DNA of 64,000 nt from assembly GCA_009914755.4 (NCBI GenBank), contig CP068257.2, forward strand, positions 44,832,001 through 44,896,000, written 5' to 3'. The notes under the pieces were generated by a model. It did no database searches and was not told where the DNA came from. It was given only the letters and a program-made list of their open reading frames with translations. The position numbers were made by a program, and so were the translations under genes. Origin of the DNA: the human T2T-CHM13v2.0 reference genome, Homo sapiens. Every line of letters begins with the position of its first letter. The first letter of the stretch is position 1. This document shows, piece by piece, positions 13,352 to 30,416 of this stretch.

Positions 13352-13865
13352 GCCGGACCCCGCCCTCAACCCCCGCGACCCGCCCTCAGCCCGGTCCCCC
13401 GCGCAGCCCCTCACTCCGGGACCCCCGCGCGGCCCCTCACTCCAGGACCCCCGCCCTTCACCCCCGGGACCCCCACGCGGCCTCGCCCCTGGGACCTCTG
13501 CCCCTCAACGGGACCCCGGTTCCTCTACCCTGGAACCCGCCCCTCGCCCCGGAGACACCGTTCCTCAACCCTAGGACCCCGCCCCTCATGTGGGACCCCA
13601 GCACGACCCCTCGCCCCGAGACCCCGGCCCCTTACCCCCGGGAACTCCCGCCCCTCACCCCCGGGACCTCCTGCCCCTCACCCCCGGAACCCCGCGCGGC
13701 CCCTCACCCCGGGGACCCCGCCCTTCACCCTGGGAGCCCCGCGCTGCCCCTCCGGACTCCCGACCCTCAGCCCCGGGACACCCGCGCGGCCCCTCAAACC
13801 AGGGACCACTGCCCCGCCTCTCATACAAGGACCCCTCCCCCATACAAGGACTCCTCCCCCCAGGC
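13352..13865. repeat. C-rich degenerate minisatellite of about 22 units, each 19-27 bp, consensus roughly GGGACCCCGCCCCTCACCCCC, starting 5 bp after the exon-1 splice donor
   Basis: Read directly from the sequence: repeated 'gggacccccgcgcggcccctcac...' units. The complementary strand is G-run rich (GGGG/GGG), and several units contain CCCCGCCCC, which is a GC box on the minus strand. Confidence 0.85.
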
Positions 13866-14813
13866 CCTTCACACCTGGGACCCTTACTCCTCACCCCGGG
13901 ACGCCTGCCAAACTTCTGGAGACCTTTCCCTATCCCCAGCTGCTCCCCCAATGGGATCCGACCCCAAGGACTGGCTTTGACTAGGTCGTTTGGACAGGTG
14001 TGAGAATCTTGAGAGGAATGACCACTTTTGCCCCAAGCTGTGAGCCCCGCTTTTCTCAAGGCTGTAGGTCTGGGCTTGGTCTGGGCTTCACCAGGATGAC
14101 TGCGCCCGTTGTCCGCAGGCAGCTACTTCCCTTGGAGCTGGGAGCCCTTGCCGCGCGCCTCATACTCTAGGAGCTGCACCCTGTGCCTCATTTTATTATC
14201 TATAAAGTGGGGTTATACCAGCACTTTCCATTTTGGATTGTTATGAGGCTAAAATACCTTAATATATGCAAAGCACATAACACTTAGGAGTTGTTAGCCC
14301 CCTCATGGAATTTTTTAAAGTAAAAAAAAAAAGTCGTATAAATGGTTGGTTGATAAAAATAGACTGGAGTAATCTGGCTTCAGAGGTGGTGGGTGGCATT
14401 TCCCATTTGGATGTTATCCCTTTCAAGGCCTGTGTCCTGATATTCCTTTTGGCTGTCTTTGGGAAAGAGTTAAGTTCTTCTCCAGTGTCAGAAAGGACTT
14501 GCAGTCCTTGAAGAAAAGCATGTAATTGATTCTTACTCTGTTTTTGAGATCTAAATGCATTTTCAGCTTTTAGAATCCATTTTTTAAATAATCTTATTAT
14601 CCTTAATTTAAGTTTCAGATTGATAAGATTTTGCTGGGTCTGGGGTAGTTATTTCTCAAAACATCTAAATAATATGCACTAGCATACAGTAAGTCATTTA
14701 ATCCTTGCCAACCTTAGGGAGGTAGATGCTGTTGTGATCTTGTTTTACATATAATACAACATGTACTTGCAACTATTTTGAATTCAGCATTCAGATTTTT
14801 AACAATGTTGTGA

Positions 14814-15131
<318 letters not shown>

Positions 15132-15146
15132 TAAAAATGGAAGTAC

Positions 15147-15395
15147 AGGCTGAGTACACAGTGGCTCATGCTTGTAATCCCAACACTTTGGGAGGCCACG
15201 TTGGCTTGGAGACGGGAGTTCAGAACAGCTTGGGCAACATAGCAAGACTCTGTCTCTACAGTATTAAAAAAAATTAGCTGGGCATGGTGGTGTGCACCTG
15301 TAGTCCCAGCTACTTGGGAGGCTGAGGCAGGAGGATCACCTGAGCACTGGAGCACTCCAGCCTGGGCAACAGAGCGAGAACCTGTCTCTTCTCAC

Positions 15396-15426
<31 letters not shown>
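15147..15426 (+). mobile_element. Alu with A35 tail, head-to-head with the Alu at 14825-15118 across a 28-bp spacer
   Basis: 'caggctgagtacacagtggctcatgcttgtaatcccaacactttgggaggcc' through to 'cagcctgggcaacagagcgagaacctgtctcttctcacc(a)35'. Confidence 0.85.
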
Positions 15427-15428
<2 letters not shown>

Positions 15429-15911
15429 AAAGAAATGGATGGATTTGAGAATTCTTGGTGATTAGATGCTCCTAGGCAGTCTGACAAACTTAAATTAGGA
15501 ATGGGTTTGACAGGATCTACTGTACTGCGTTTGTTAAGGCTCTTTAGGGAAAATCACATATACGCAGTTTAGATTCTGTGCATTTCAAACATATTTTTGC
15601 GTATTGCTCCTAATTTCTGCTCCAATGTATTCATTATTCCCTCAATTTTTTGTGTTGTAGTTGTGTTTGAGTGCTTGCTAGGCATTGACAATTGAATCCT
15701 TTCCTCAAAGAACTTTATAATTTGTGCGACAGAACACAAGTACTTAAATGAAAGAAATGTTTCCTATCTGTTGGATCCATTTATGCTATTGTCATCTTAG
15801 AGATATGTAGGGGATGTATAGGTAAGTAAAGGTATAAGATTATGTAACATGGAGGGGAACCTCGAAAAATAGCTTAAGCTGAGAAAGGGGGTAAACAAAA
15901 AAAGTATTGAG

Positions 15912-16189
15912 CCCAGAAATGGTGGCTTAGGCCTGTTATGTTTGCATTTTGGGAGGCCCAGGCAGGAGGATCACTTGAGCCCAGGAGTTTGAGACCAGCC
16001 TAGGCAACATAGGGAGACCCTGCCTCTTCCAAAAAAAAAAAAAAAATTGGCTGGGCATGGTGGTGTGTGCCTGTAGTCCCAGCTACTTGAGGGGCCGAGG
16101 TGGGAGGATCACCTGACGAGGTTGTGAGCCTTTATAGTGTCACTGCATTCCAGCCTGGGAGACAGAGTGGGACCTTGTCTCAAAAAAAA
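15912..16189 (+). mobile_element. Alu, J-like
   Basis: 'cccagaaatggtggcttaggcctgttatgtttgcattttgggaggcccaggcaggaggatcacttgagcccaggagtttgagaccagcc' ... 'gtctcaaaaaaaag'. Confidence 0.85.
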
Positions 16190-17782
16190 GTGTTAAAGGG
16201 AAGACAGCAGAGAACAGAGTAGTAGAGTGGCAGCCAAGGAGGTGGAAGCTCTGGCTTCTTGGCTTCTTTCCCTGCTCCTAGACTGGCCTGACACTTTTCT
16301 TTTGGCCAAAATAGGTCAGTGATTACTTAGGCACAGTCACACGTGGACCTGCTTCCAGGGCGCTTCCACAGGTTAATGCTGGCTTATGTAGTTTATGTGG
16401 TGGTTGTTGTTGACGTGGGCTCTCCCTGTTGGATTTGGAGATGCTTACTGGTAAGGACTTTGTTTTAGGCAGATTTTTGGCTTCTTCACACAGTGGTGGG
16501 CATCTGGTAAAGTGTCTGTGAATCTCCTGTGGATTACAATGTCTCTAAACGTGGGTTTAGTTAGCTGTAAAAGGGGGTGAATACCAGCTTTATTGACATT
16601 CCAGGTTTATTGTCAAGATTCAGTCACATAGTGTGTGTGAAAATGCTTCGAAACTGGTAAGGTGTTTTATTTATATAATTAAAGGGAGATATTAGTAATG
16701 AGTTATAGTCCTAAAACAACCAACATTAGTGTTTCATTGTTATAATTTTTATATATTGTCAAAATAGTGTAACTTTTTTATAGCATTCACATTTATCTAA
16801 GTGAGAAATTGCCTAAAACTTAAGAGTTGTCACTGTGCTTGGTAGGTTGGAAGAAGAAGCTTAACAGTGACAAAGATGCTGTCTTCAACAGAAACTGGTA
16901 ATGAGTGATACCTGAATAATCTAGAAAATCCTGCATGCCTTCCCCTCAGCCTGTTGAAAGTATCCTCTGCCTTTCTTCATACCTCACACCTGGCCTTATT
17001 CTCCAGCATCCTCACTGCATTCTCATCATCAACCATAGTGATTGGCGTTGGCCCTGAGGGAAGGTTCTGGTAGAATGCTATGATTTATTTCCATAGGGCA
17101 AGTTTGCTGAATTTCTGTTATAGATTCCCAAGAGGGAAATAAGGCATAGCTGTGTTCTTGCTCCTTAACTTTTCTGGCTGTTTTGCCCTCTTGACTTAGG
17201 AGTCTGCTTCAGATTAAGATGAAGATGAAGAGTAGAAGTACATGGAACCCCACTCTTCTTAGACCCCCTGCCCCCCAATCATGAACACATACAGAAGAAT
17301 TCATATGTGTGGTTCCTGAAAACCTATCAGGATGTTCATTGATGGAAGTGAGATCATTAGAGGTATAACCTTGATATTTAAAAAAGAATTAATTCCCAAA
17401 CCTTTGTGCTTTGCCTGTTGCTGTAACAAATTACCTTGGACACACCTCACAGCTGATTTTGGCACACCAGTGCTGTACGTGTCTTGGAGCTATTGCTGCT
17501 GAACTGCTTTAAAAACATGGACAGTGGTATTTTGTTCTTTGTTTTAATAGACTACAGTGGGTTAGAGAGGAAATTCCTACACAATAGGCTACCTTTATCC
17601 CATTCCAATTACTTTATTCTGGTTAATAGGTCTATTCCATAGCTTTAACTTTAGTCTTTTTCTTGATTTCTTATATTCTAACAATGCAGGACTTCTAGTC
17701 TAGATGGAATAAAATGAAAAGGGGGAAAAAACTCTGGGTATACAGGAAGAGACTTCTCTCACAAAGCTTTTTTCCTCTTTAA

Positions 17783-18141
<359 letters not shown>

Positions 18142-18175
18142 CATAATTCTTAATTTTCAAAATGACAGCCTGTCA

Positions 18176-18562
<387 letters not shown>

Positions 18563-19414
18563 TCATCTGTCAAAGGCCACCCCAAATGCTCTCTATCTTA
18601 GTCTATTTTGTGTTGTGTTTGTGTTCTATAACAGAACACCACATATAGGTAATTTACAAAGAAAAATTTATTTCTCACAGTTCCAGAGGATGGAAGTCCA
18701 ATATTAAGGTACTAGCATCTAGCAAGGACTTTCTTGGCCTGTCATCCCATGGTGGAAGGTGAGAAGGCAAGAGAATGTGTGGACGAGAGAGGAAGGGGGC
18801 CAAAATCATCCTTTTGTCTGGAACGCATTCCTGATAACTAACCTGTCCCTGCGATAACAGCATTAATCCACTGATCATCTCTTAAAGGTTCTGCCGCTCA
18901 ACACTGCTGCATTGGGCACTGAGTTTCTTCCTTTTTCTTAATATTCATGTCTTTTTTTTTTTTTTTTTTTCCCAAGAAAACACACAACAAATGTCAGAAT
19001 ATGAGATAGGGAAGTTCTCCTGGAACAGCATGTAGATTATTTTCTAGAGCACTTTAGTTAAATGGTACTTAATGATGATAATTCTTCTGAACACAATTCA
19101 GAATTTGAACCAATATTTGTTGTTTCAGGAAAGCAGAATTTCCTTTGAATGATGGATAAGAATGGTGAGGATCTTTATAATATAGAATAAATTGCTGAAA
19201 AGAAACTTTGAGGGAATATTCAAAGCACCCTCTTATTTTGAACCTTCCTTGATCATCTCTAATGTGACTGCTTTCTCAGAACTTCCATATCATTTGTCCC
19301 CTCTTTTGGAGTTCTTGCTGCTTTTTGTTTTTGTATTTGTTTTCACTTATTCAGTAATTATTCAGTGTCCACTGCATCCTAGGTAATATTTCAGCTGTCA
19401 AAAGTCAGATTTTG

Positions 19415-19638
19415 GCTGGGCATGGTGGCTCACTCCTGTAGTCCCAACACTTTGGGAGGCCGAGGTGGTTGGATCACCTGAGGTCTGGAGTTCGAGACCA
19501 GCCTGACCAACATGACAAAACCCCGTTGCTACTAAATATAACAAAAAAAAAATTAGCTGGTCATGGTGGCACGTGCCTGTAATCCCAGCTACGTGGGAGG
19601 CTGAGGCAGGAGAATCGCTCAAACCCAGGAGGCAGAGG
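19415..19638 (+). mobile_element. Alu, 3'-truncated
   Basis: 'ggctgggcatggtggctcactcctgtagtcccaacactttgggaggccgaggtgg' through to 'ggaggctgaggcaggagaatcgctcaaacccaggaggcagagg'. Confidence 0.85.
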
Positions 19639-20471
19639 GAGACTATTTTTATAATGATACTAAGATGCCATTTCTGTTTTCACTGTGTTGACACTTGTAC
19701 TGATGGTCCAAAAGCAGTAATAGGGAAAACTGCTGGGCACTTTAACGTAAATTGAGGCAGGGACTCCAAGTGTCACTGATAGTCATTATATTATTCGCTA
19801 CCTCTCCACTTGCAGTTTTAAAAAAACAAAAAGGGCTGCTTTCACTTAAACAGACCCTGATGAAGCAGTAAAAATTAAAAAAAAAAATTGGCCTTTTGTC
19901 TTTTCATGAGGAAATGGGAAGTACATGAATTGCTTTTGCTGCACAAAGAGGTACAGTGCCTGTTTTGAGAAACAGCAATTGTGTAGTTTGAGTTGCAAAG
20001 CGAACTAGCTGCTTTTATTGTGAAATGCCATTTTTGCTTGAAAAAGTGGGTAGCAGACAATCTGCAGTTATTGAGACTTGGGTATTTGGTGGACGTTTTC
20101 TGGAAAATAAATGAGAGGAAATAACTGACAATTTATGACCAATGATAATATTTGTGCTTTCAAGCAAAAATCAAAATTTTGAAAAAATTTATCTGCTACA
20201 GTGAGCTTGACAGTTTCTCAATAGTTAACGACTTCTTTGATGAGATTGGTGACAATATAATGAATGAGTATTTGATATTATATAATTAAATGTGTCAGCA
20301 TTTGGAAGATCCACATAATTTTGTGAACTAATATTTTCCAGCTCACCATTGCACCACGTTACAAAGTCATAGTGCATGGGTAAAAGATTCATTCAAAAGA
20401 TAGACCAATGGATTTTAATGTAGTGATATGAAAAGTTCACTGATAAGAGTTATAGATTCTACATTATAACT

Positions 20472-20773
<302 letters not shown>

Positions 20774-21142
20774 ACAACTTTTTTTTTTTAAGAGACTCCC
20801 CCTTGCCTGGTTTTGGTGTTGTATCAAGGAAGAATGTCCACAGTGATCTGAAAAGGCTGCTGAGACACCCCACCTTTTTCCAACTGCATGTCTCTCTGAA
20901 AAAGGATTTGATTCATAGACTTCAACCAAAAAACCACACAGTACAACAGATTGGATACAGGAGCAGGTATGAGAATCCATATTGTCTTCTCTGAAGCCAG
21001 AGTTAAAGCGACTTGCAAAAATGTAAAAGAATACCTCTTCTTACTAAATGTTTTTGTTTTCAGAAATCTTTTATTTTTAGTAAAAAATATTATTTACCTT
21101 AATATCTAGTCAGTTTATTATTAAAAATTTTAAATGAGTTAG

Positions 21143-21443
<301 letters not shown>

Positions 21444-21482
21444 TTTAAATGAGTTAAATATTTTAAAAATTTCACAGTATTA

Positions 21483-21512
21483 GTTTTGTTTGTTTGTTTG
21501 TTTGTTTGTTTT
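21483..21512. repeat. (GTTT)7 microsatellite merging into the T-tail of a partial Alu
   Basis: 'gttttgtttgtttgtttgtttgtttgtttttt'. Confidence 0.9.
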
Positions 21513-21640
21513 TTAAGATAGTGTCTCGCTCTGTTGCCCAGTTGGGAGTGCAGTGGTGTGAGGATAGCTCACTGCTGCCTTTAACTCCTGGGTTCAAATG
21601 ATCTTCTTGCCTCAGTCTCTTGAATAACTAGAACATAGTA
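21513..21640 (-). mobile_element. Partial Alu monomer
   Basis: 'aagatagtgtctcgctctgttgcccagttgggagtgcagtggtgtgaggatagctcactgctgcc...cctgggttcaaatgatcttcttgcctcagtctc'. Confidence 0.7.
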
Positions 21641-21958
21641 GCTGAAAGACATGGATGTCATCATCTATTTCTTTATAATTTTTGTAACATTTTAAAGCTA
21701 TTGCCTAGTTTAATAATTATTTCAGTTTGTGTATGTAAGGACAATCAGGCATTTAAATTTATAAAACATGTTTGAAAATCTTTAAAAGTTACACTTACTG
21801 ACTAGTTGCTTGTCTGTTGCACTAACAAAATTTATTATTCATGATTCGGGAATACCCTCTTTAGGTTTTGTTTGTTTTTTTTTTCATAGTAAATTATCCC
21901 AGTACAAGTGTCTTTGTACAAAATTTTGATTTCTAAGTTTCTTTAAAAATATCAATGC

Positions 21959-22555
<597 letters not shown>

Positions 22556-24184
22556 GAGAGAGAAAATCGGCGCCAGAACAAATCCTACACAAGCCCACTT
22601 GTATCAGAAATTTAAAATAGTCAGACTCATAGAAGCAGAGAGTAGAATGGTGGTTGCCAGGGACTGGGGTGGTGGGAGAATCTGGAAGGTGTTGATCAAA
22701 GGGTATATAGTTTCAGTTATACGGGATGAGTAACTGCTAGAGAGCTGCTGTACAGCATAGTGCATATAGTTAACAATACTGTATTGTATATTTAAAAATT
22801 TGTTAAGAGAGTAGAGCTCATGTTAAATGTTCTTATCACAAACAGGAAAGGAAGAAACTTTTAGAGATGATGTTTATGTTTATGTTTATGGTGATGGTTT
22901 CACAGGGATATACTTACCTTTAAATTCATCAAAATTTATATATTAAATATGCACGAGTTCTTATAGGTTAATCATGTCGATTTAAAAAAAGAAATATCAG
23001 TGATTTCAATTTTAATATCCTAAAACTTTAAACATGCTTCATTGCCAGCTATTCTGTACTTGTTTAATTCCTGTCTTTCTTTCACCGCTTAAGTTTAAAC
23101 TTCACTTTCTGTTGGAGGCTCTGCCTTCTACTAAAGCCCCCTTCTCCCCAACCTTCACAGAATAAAGTGCCTGTGCTCTGTATCCTTTTAAAACTCATTG
23201 TATCACTCTTGTAGGATCATAATTATTTGTTTCATGATTATTTGTTTGCTTGTCTTTTCTATACCATTTTACAGGGAGCATTTCAAGAGGAAGGTTTGAT
23301 CTGCTCATCTTTCTGTCTCCAGCACCTTGCACATTTTAGGCATTTTAATGGATGCTTATTGAGTTAATAAAAGTGAAAACTTCACATGGTGTTTATTCAG
23401 TTTCAAATAAAGAATCCTCTGTAAATGGATTCAAACTTAGCTTTTTTACAGCAGTTTTTCTAATTCAGTGAACCCATCAGCAGGATGGATCTGTGCCTCA
23501 GGGAGCTGTTGAATCAGAGTGTGGCCTTTGTTGCTTTAAGTGACCAGAAAGAAAAAACTTAAGAGGAGACTGAGATAAGTGCACTGTTGCTCCTGTCCTC
23601 CTGTAGGATCCAGGCTAAGCTGGAGAGGCCTCACTGGTGTGGAGCTCGATGACGTACATCTAATCTAATAGTTTGTTTGGGGCCCATGAGGGCATAATCC
23701 ACTGATGGCCTCATCGCCATGCTGTGGGTCCACACTACCCTCAAGCTGAGGCTATGCTTCCTATAGCAGGAATACCAAGGCTCTTTCCCAGGAGTCCTGA
23801 TGAGAACTTTGTCTCAAGGACTCCTCATTGGCCTGGCCGGAACTTTCTTAGTGCTGCCTTTAGTCTAAGACTTTTTCTGTCCCACCTGCCTTCCTTTCCT
23901 CTTCCCCTGGCAAACATCTACTGGTTCCCTCCCCATTTTCCCTCAAGGGCATTTTCCCACATAAATCTCCCTTTCACGTAGTGTGTCCTCAGTGAGCATT
24001 AGCCACGTGTGACTGCTTCTCTTATCATCAGGGCAGGTCAGGGGCCAGGATACCTGTTCCATCTTTTGAAAAAAAAGATAGAATTCAAGAGCTGCAGTTT
24101 TGTTTTTCAAATCACATATTTAATCTTTTAATGTATTATTTTGGCTGATGTGATATACATTTATTTAGTATAAAAATGAATTCA

Positions 24185-24322
24185 GGCCAGGTGCGGTGGC
24201 TCACGCCTGTAATTCCAGCTCTTTGGGAGGCCAAGGCAGGCGGATCACCTGAGGTCAGGAGTTCAAGACCAGCCTGGCCAACAGAGAGAAACCCCCATCT
24301 CTACTAAAAATACAAAAAATGG
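24185..24322 (+). mobile_element. Alu left monomer, start of a four-element same-orientation chain
   Basis: 'ggccaggtgcggtggctcacgcctgtaattccagctctttgggaggccaaggcagg...ctctactaaaaatacaaaaaatg'. Confidence 0.75.
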
Positions 24323-24612
<290 letters not shown>

Positions 24613-24619
24613 AAGGGGG

Positions 24620-25080
<461 letters not shown>

Positions 25081-25189
25081 TCATATTATTTGGTCACTCT
25101 TCTATGTTATAACTGAAGAAAGGAAGGAAATGAATTAGGGTTAAGTTAATGGGAAAACTTTATTCTGCCAGTACATATTTTGTTTATTT

Positions 25190-25583
<394 letters not shown>

Positions 25584-26159
25584 TAAATCTTTTAAAACTA
25601 ATTTTTGCTGTGCAGTGAGCTTGCTTCTGGGTAGAATTAACATAATCCTTGTGGCTCAATCTTTACACCTTTAAATTAGCTGACATTTTCAGTATTGCAC
25701 TGGTCTATTAAAAAGACTAGGAAGTTATACACTGCTTAGCCAAGAAAACTATCGTCAGTGAAGACACAACACTTAAAAATAGCTGTTACTTCTATTGTGT
25801 ATTGATAGATTATCACTTAGACTAATGTACCCAAGGGTCTCCCTTCCCTTTTCACACAGGAAATGCATGGCCTCTGTTCTTAGGATTTCCTGGGTTCTTG
25901 AAGGCAGCAGCTAAAATTATAGCTGGGAGACAGTGATCATGCGGGGGTTTCCTTTCAGACTTTGAATTAATCAGCTATAAGGAAAGAATAGAAATCCTGT
26001 GTCTTCTTTCTACACTGAACTGTTCATAATTTAAGAGTACCATTTTGGAAATAGCAGACAAAGAGCTTTTACACTCTTTCAGATTTTAGAACTTTTTCTG
26101 CAGTATCTTTAGTAAAGAACCTTTAAATTAAGTCTCTGAAACAAAAGGACACAATTGTT

Positions 26160-26492
26160 GGTATGCTGAAGCCCTAACCCCAATGGATTATATTTGAAGA
26201 CTGGACCTTAAGGAGATATTTAAGATCAAATGAGGTCAAGGGGGTGGGCCCTCATCCAATAGGACTGGTGTCCTTATAAGAAGAGGAGGAGACACCAGGG
26301 ATATTTGTGCATAGAAAGGCCATGTGAAGACATAGGCAGCTGTCTGCAAGCCAAGGAGAGAGGCTTCACCAGAAATGAACCCTCTGGCACCTTGATCTTG
26401 AGCTTTCAGTCTCCAGAACTGTGAGAAAATAAATGTCTGTTGTTTAAGTCGCCCACTCTGGTATTCTGTTACGGCAGCCTGAACAGACGGAC
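26160..26492 (+). mobile_element. MaLR-type solo LTR, MST-like, 5' part missing
   Basis: 'gctgaagccctaaccccaatggattatatttgaagactggacc...gggccctcatccaataggactggtgtccttataagaagagg...ctccagaactgtgagaaaataaatgtctgttgtttaagtcgcccactctggtattctgttacggcagcctgaacagacgg'. Confidence 0.6.
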
Positions 26493-27384
26493 ACTCAGTG
26501 TGTCATCCTGTTGTTTAACAACATTCAACAGACTGAGTGCCAGGAGGCTTACAGTCTAGCAGGGGCTGAAAGACATGTAAACAGTGGCAATATCATGAAA
26601 TGTGTACAGAACCCAGTCAGCCCAAGGGGAGGGATCATCAGCACTGCGCAAGCTGGGCCAATAGAGGAAGTACAGTTTCCTTGAGCTTTGTTTTGAAAGC
26701 ATGTGTGAAGAGGGTGGAGAAGGAGGAGCGGGGATGGACATGAAGACAAAGGGAGGTGAACCGAAGTTGAGTGGGCCAAGGAATTCCAGGCAGTGTTCCA
26801 CAGGTAGAGGAGGAAAGGCAGGGGCTAACTTACAGCAGGGCTCACACATCCTAGTAAGGAATTTGGACTTGATTCTCTGGAGTCTAGACAAGCTGGTTGA
26901 AACAAACTCAAATTCCTCCCTGTAGCTGGTTGGGTGTTGTGGATGTGTGAGGTGACCAAGAGTAAGGCAGGAGGGGTGCTGGTACCTGTTGCCTCTAGAA
27001 TGGCACTGTTTAGAACTTTCTTCTACGATGGGAAAGTTCTGTGGTGTCCAGCATGGTGGCCACCAGCCACATGTGGCTACTGAACACTTGAAATGTGGGT
27101 AGTGGGACGAGGGAACTGATTGTTCAATTTAATTTACTTTTAATTAATTAAAATTTAACCATGCATGGCTAATGGCTGCTGTACTGGACAACAGCAAAGT
27201 GTATGCTCTGCATGAAGGCTTCCTATTAACAAGAAATACCATGAAAATACATTTTATTCCTACCACTGCTCTCGACAAAGGAGAGAAAATGAGCAAGATG
27301 AAAATATGTGTACACATTCAAGAACTCAGTGAATCTTGTAAACAGATGTCAATTTCCTATTTTTAATTAAAGGCTATGGGGCAG

Positions 27385-27957
<573 letters not shown>

Positions 27958-28769
27958 TAAACAGGTCTTCTTTAATAAATGATGGAGCCAGCAGTACCCC
28001 CACACAGCCCCACCTTTTTAAAAAATGTATTAACAAAACATTTCTGCATAATCTCTTTTGTCTCTTTCTGTCTCCCTCTTTGATTTAGAAAGATTGTTCT
28101 GCAGTATGTGAAAAGTAGATTGGAGGAGTCTGAAATTGGGGGACAGAAAAGTTAGCTTGAAAAACCCATTGCAGTAATCCAGGGCAAGAGATTTTGCTGG
28201 TCTGGACAGAGCTGAGCCAATAGGATGGAGAGGGCAATCAGAAGTAGAGCCAGCAGGCTTCTGTGTGAAGTGCACAGTAAAGGAGGGTCTAGGGTGACTC
28301 TGGAGTTTCTGAAACACCTGTCTGGGAGATGATGGTGCTGCTCACGAAGACGTGGAACACAAAAGGAGTGTGAGGCTGCTCTAGGAGATCTGAGTGGTGG
28401 GACCCAGAGTGCATTTGGATATATGAGTCTAGTACTTTCTAGAAAGGGCTAGGCTAGTAATTTGGAAGTCATCAGCACATAGATAGTAATTGGAGTGAAT
28501 ATGATTACCCCATAAGGAGAAATGAATAATGCAAAGAGAGCCTAGGAAAAAACTCTGAGGAACCCAAATCCATACGGGAAAGGCAGAGAAGGGAGAGACT
28601 GCAGGGAAGACTGAGGAAGGAGACAGAACATGTGTGGGCATCTGTGCAGCTGAGGCAGGGAAATGTGTGTGGAGGATTTTCTGGGTCAGTATTCATGACC
28701 AATCATCAGGCAAAGATGACTGTACTTCCTCAAATCTCATTGAAATGGTTGAAGAGGTTTTTTTGTTTT

Positions 28770-28905
28770 TTGGTTTGTGTTTTCCTAAAGAGGTGAGATC
28801 TCACTGTGTTGCCTAGGCTGGTCTTGAACTCTTGGGCTTGGGCTCAAGTGATCATTTAGCCTCAGCCTCCCAAGTAGCTGGAACTATAGCTGCGCACCCC
28901 CACAT
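28770..28905 (-). mobile_element. Partial Alu
   Basis: 'gagatctcactgtgttgcctaggctggtcttgaactcttgggcttgggctcaagtgatcatttagcctcagcctcccaagtagctggaactatagc'. Confidence 0.65.
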
Positions 28906-30082
28906 CCTGCTAGGTTTTCAGAATTGAAAAGGAATTCATAGTCTAGGTTCTGGGAAATTGGAACGGTGGATCAGAGCAGTGAGGATTATCTGATTAGGGA
29001 AGATAGGGATGGAGCAGGTCTGCAGCAGATGTACAGTGCATCCTCTGAACAAAGTTGTGGAGGAGGATGGGAGGTGGTAATGAGGAAAGGATATGGTTTT
29101 CATCGGTTTTCCAGAGTCTGCTGATGTATTCCTGTAGAAGGTACCACCAGTTGTTTGGGGAAGTGGGCACTCAGCAGCCCTATGTCTGCCTCAACCAGAG
29201 ACTCTTCTCCACTTACACTCTTCCTAACTGTTCAGTTGAACAGAAGATGTGCAGCTGAAAGGTTGGAAAAACATTGAAGTGGATAATATCTAAGTTCTCC
29301 TTTCAGTTGCGAGGCTAGTCTAAGTTTTCTAATCATGAATGTTTAGTAAGAATTATTTCACCATGTGGCTTTAGCTCACCAAGTGATATTTAAAAGCATT
29401 CTTCCATTAAATACCTGCTATTTTAAAAGGTTTATTACCTATTTATACACAAACTTGTTAGCCAAGAGCTATATTTTTATGGAAGAGTCTTGTTACCTTT
29501 CACTGACATTGTTATCTACCTGTATGTCCTGAATGCATGTTCAGGGTCTTAACTTCTGTTAGAAGGAATAATTTAAACAAGCTCATGAGTACTGTAGAAA
29601 ATATGGCAGACATTCATATTGAGCAAGTACTCTCTGGTCCTTGGAAAGTGCAGTATAGTCAGCCACAGGCTTCAGTTTGAAAGTCTTTTAAGAGTTAGAA
29701 ACTTCTGAATATGGAAGACTGCTTCTTGTTTGATTTTTCTCTAATTGTGAAATATTTCAAACATACCAAAAACTTGTGTGAGTCATGATATATGTACCCA
29801 CGTACCTACCACCCAGTTTTTAAAAAATGAAGATTTGGACACATTAGATTCATATTTGAACCATTATAGAGAGAGATGACTCCCATTCACTCTCTGATTC
29901 CATTTGTCATCTTCCCAACTTCTCTCCTGAATTTGGTATTTTATCATTTAATTGCATTTCCATATATCCTGAAACAATCGATAGTGTTTTTGCATATTTT
30001 AAAACTATGTAAATCATCTTTATAAATCCTTCTGAAACTTGCTTTTTACCTCAATATTATGTTTTAAAAATTATGATGATTG

Positions 30083-30416
<334 letters not shown>

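Larger units (their letters stand above)
12230..13900. promoter_or_regulatory. DIP2A: CpG island spanning the promoter, 5'UTR, exon 1 and the start of intron 1
   Basis: Very high G+C and dense CpG, e.g. 'cgcgcgcggggccaccagcggcgcc' and 'gcgcacgcgcgctcgctacccgccc'. This contrasts with the CpG-depleted flanks. It sits directly around the first coding exon. Confidence 0.85.

Noticed and set aside
12052-14059. Cluster of long overlapping ORFs on both strands (e.g. 13348-13980 + 210 aa, 13655-14059 - 134 aa, 12405-12758 - 117 aa)
   Set aside because: They lie in the CpG island and C-rich minisatellite, where stop codons (TAA, TAG, TGA) are rare by composition alone. They are Pro/Arg/Gly/Ala-rich low complexity. 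They overlap one another in several frames and have no splice or Kozak support other than the real exon-1 ATG at 13257.
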